Source: an uncultured Desulfosarcina sp. (GTDB lineage Bacteria; Desulfobacterota; Desulfobacteria; Desulfobacterales; Desulfosarcinaceae). From it: a stretch of 64,000 bases of DNA. Below, in pieces: positions 62,451-64,000 of this stretch. The DNA lies in contig CAXXWQ010000004.1 of assembly GCA_963674945.2 (NCBI GenBank), positions 640,001 to 704,000 on the forward strand, in the 5' to 3' direction. How positions within the stretch are numbered: the stretch's first letter is position 1; each line of letters opens with the position of its first letter. A program made the translations under genes and the position numbers. Below the pieces are notes generated by a model. It made no database searches and was not told the DNA's origin. It was given only the letters and a program-made list of their open reading frames with translations.

Positions 62451-63584
62451 ATGAGTACGAGTGTTGCCAAAACAATTGAACCGTCCGATAAGGTCGTTGA
62501 ATCGCCTGATTACGTAAGAGTCAGTTCGGCAGCCGCCATGACCCTCGGACTCATGCCGGGCAGGTTTCTTCGTGGTGCGAAACTGTATTGCATCAACCTT
62601 CTTCTCATGTACGATAGCGGCTGTGCCGGAAAGTGCGCCTATTGTGGGCTGGAGAGGGCCAGGCAGTCCGATAAGTCCTGGGAAGATCGCAGTTTCATTC
62701 GGGTACCTTGGCCGGTTGTCAGTCTGGATGAAGTCATCGAGAGAATGGGACATGACTATTGTTCCCACGTGCAGCGTGTCTGTGTCTCCATGGTGACCAA
62801 CGGCAGAGCAAAGGGAGACACCCTTGAGATCGTGAGACGACTGAGCAAAAAGACGGATTCCATATCGGGACTGATCGCTCCCACCATCATTGATAAGAAT
62901 TGGCTGATAGACTTGAAAGAAGCCGGTGCCGACTGGTTGGGAGTGGCTGTGGATGCGGCGACCCCCGAGCTGTTTGATCAACTGCGGGGCAAGGGTGTGG
63001 GCGGACCGCATCGTTGGGATCGTTACTGGAAGACAGTAGAACAAGGAGTGGAGGTATTTGGGAAATACAAGGTCGGTATTCACCTGATCGTCGGTGTGGG
63101 AGAAACCGAGCAGGAGTTTCTCAGCACAGTTCAAAAAGCCTACGATATGGGATCGTTGACCCATCTTTTCTCCTTTTTCCCCGAAGCAGGGTCCGCGATG
63201 ACGGATTGCACCCAGCCGCCTGTAGGACAATACCGGCGCTCCCAACTCGCAAGGTATCTGATCAACAAGGGGTTGGGCAGATTTGAAGATATGTCCTTCG
63301 ATGAGAATGGAAAACTGACGGACTTCGGCGTGCCGAAATCTTTACTCGATGAGACCATCGACAGCGGCGTGCCGTTCATGACCTCCGGGTGTGACGGCAA
63401 AACCAGGACAAACGTTTGCAATCGCCCGTTTTCCAATTGTACGCCGTATCAGGCATATATGGGAGAACTCAGAAACTATCCCTTTACCCCAATTGCCGAC
63501 GACATCGTGGTGATACGGAAACAACTTGAAGACTATTCCGATATTCCGACGAAAGAGTGGAAGGAAGGTCTTGGGTGTGGATGA
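62451..63584 (+). CDS. lipS2: Radical SAM protein, LipS2-type lipoyl synthase subunit
   Basis: CAGKCAYC; C-terminal TSGC..CNRP resembles the LipS2 TxGCPxC(N/D)RP motif. Confidence 0.72.
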   Translation: MSTSVAKTIEPSDKVVESPDYVRVSSAAAMTLGLMPGRFLRGAKLYCINLLLMYDSGCAGKCAYCGLERARQSDKSWEDRSFIRVPWPVVSLDEVIERMGHDYCSHVQRVCVSMVTNGRAKGDTLEIVRRLSKKTDSISGLIAPTIIDKNWLIDLKEAGADWLGVAVDAATPELFDQLRGKGVGGPHRWDRYWKTVEQGVEVFGKYKVGIHLIVGVGETEQEFLSTVQKAYDMGSLTHLFSFFPEAGSAMTDCTQPPVGQYRRSQLARYLINKGLGRFEDMSFDENGKLTDFGVPKSLLDETIDSGVPFMTSGCDGKTRTNVCNRPFSNCTPYQAYMGELRNYPFTPIADDIVVIRKQLEDYSDIPTKEWKEGLGCG

Positions 63585-63596
63585 TAGGTATAACCG

Positions 63597-64000
63597 ATGG
63601 TAAAAAGTAGAGCAGGCACAAGCTCCGGAAGCCTGTCTGTTGACGAGTTACTGAAAAAGTGTTTCGAAGAACCGCTTGACAGTCTGGAATCGTTGTTCGA
63701 TCAAGGGCGCAAAATCGCCGACGATCGTTTCGAAAAAGCACTACACTGTTATGTGCCGGGCATGGTGCATTACAATACGCCGTACTTTAGATCGACCCCC
63801 CAATGCTTTCCCAGTATCTCCGTGACCGGAACCGAATGCCGCCTCAATTGCAAACATTGTCGCGGCAAACTGCTCGAACGGATGACCGCGGCGACAACCC
63901 CCCAGGCGTTATACGAAGCATGCATTGAAATAAAACAATCGGGCGCAACGGGATGTCTGATCAGCGGCGGGAGCCTTACGGACGGCAGCGTTCCACTGAT
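63597..64000 (+). CDS. lipS1: Radical SAM protein, probable LipS1-type subunit (3' partial)
   Basis: Translated by hand: FPSISVTGTECRLNCKHC..GCLISGGS..GSVPL; adjacent to the LipS2-like gene. Confidence 0.65.
   Translation, partial: MVKSRAGTSSGSLSVDELLKKCFEEPLDSLESLFDQGRKIADDRFEKALHCYVPGMVHYNTPYFRSTPQCFPSISVTGTECRLNCKHCRGKLLERMTAATTPQALYEACIEIKQSGATGCLISGGSLTDGSVPL

Overview
The window looks like chromosome from an anaerobic, probably Desulfobacterota-like bacterium (inferred from gene content). Most of it is three paralogous modules. Each has a MarR regulator, a GlcD-like FAD oxidoreductase plus CCG-domain Fe-S partner, and UROD/MtaA-fold methyltransferases with corrinoid proteins. Also present: MtrH-like methyltransferases, RACo/ASKHA corrinoid activators, SCP2 proteins, FadL channels, two types of GcvH-like lipoyl carrier without GcvP/GcvT, dihydrolipoamide dehydrogenase, OsmC proteins, and both LipA and LipS1/S2 lipoyl synthases. 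Main observation: two different methyltransferase paralogs (three gene copies) have an in-frame TGA at codon 257. It aligns with a Cys in three other paralogs and is followed by a SECIS-like hairpin, so these are candidate selenocysteine methyltransferases in an apparently undescribed corrinoid + lipoyl-carrier pathway. Other observations: a Sec-type NADH oxidase/CoA-disulfide reductase, a chlD with a -1 slippery site, a four-copy composite operator, three large apparently identical repeats, a deletion-collapsed lpdA-ligase-lipA operon, an IS200 relic and MITEs. All calls come from reading motifs by eye; no database searches were run.
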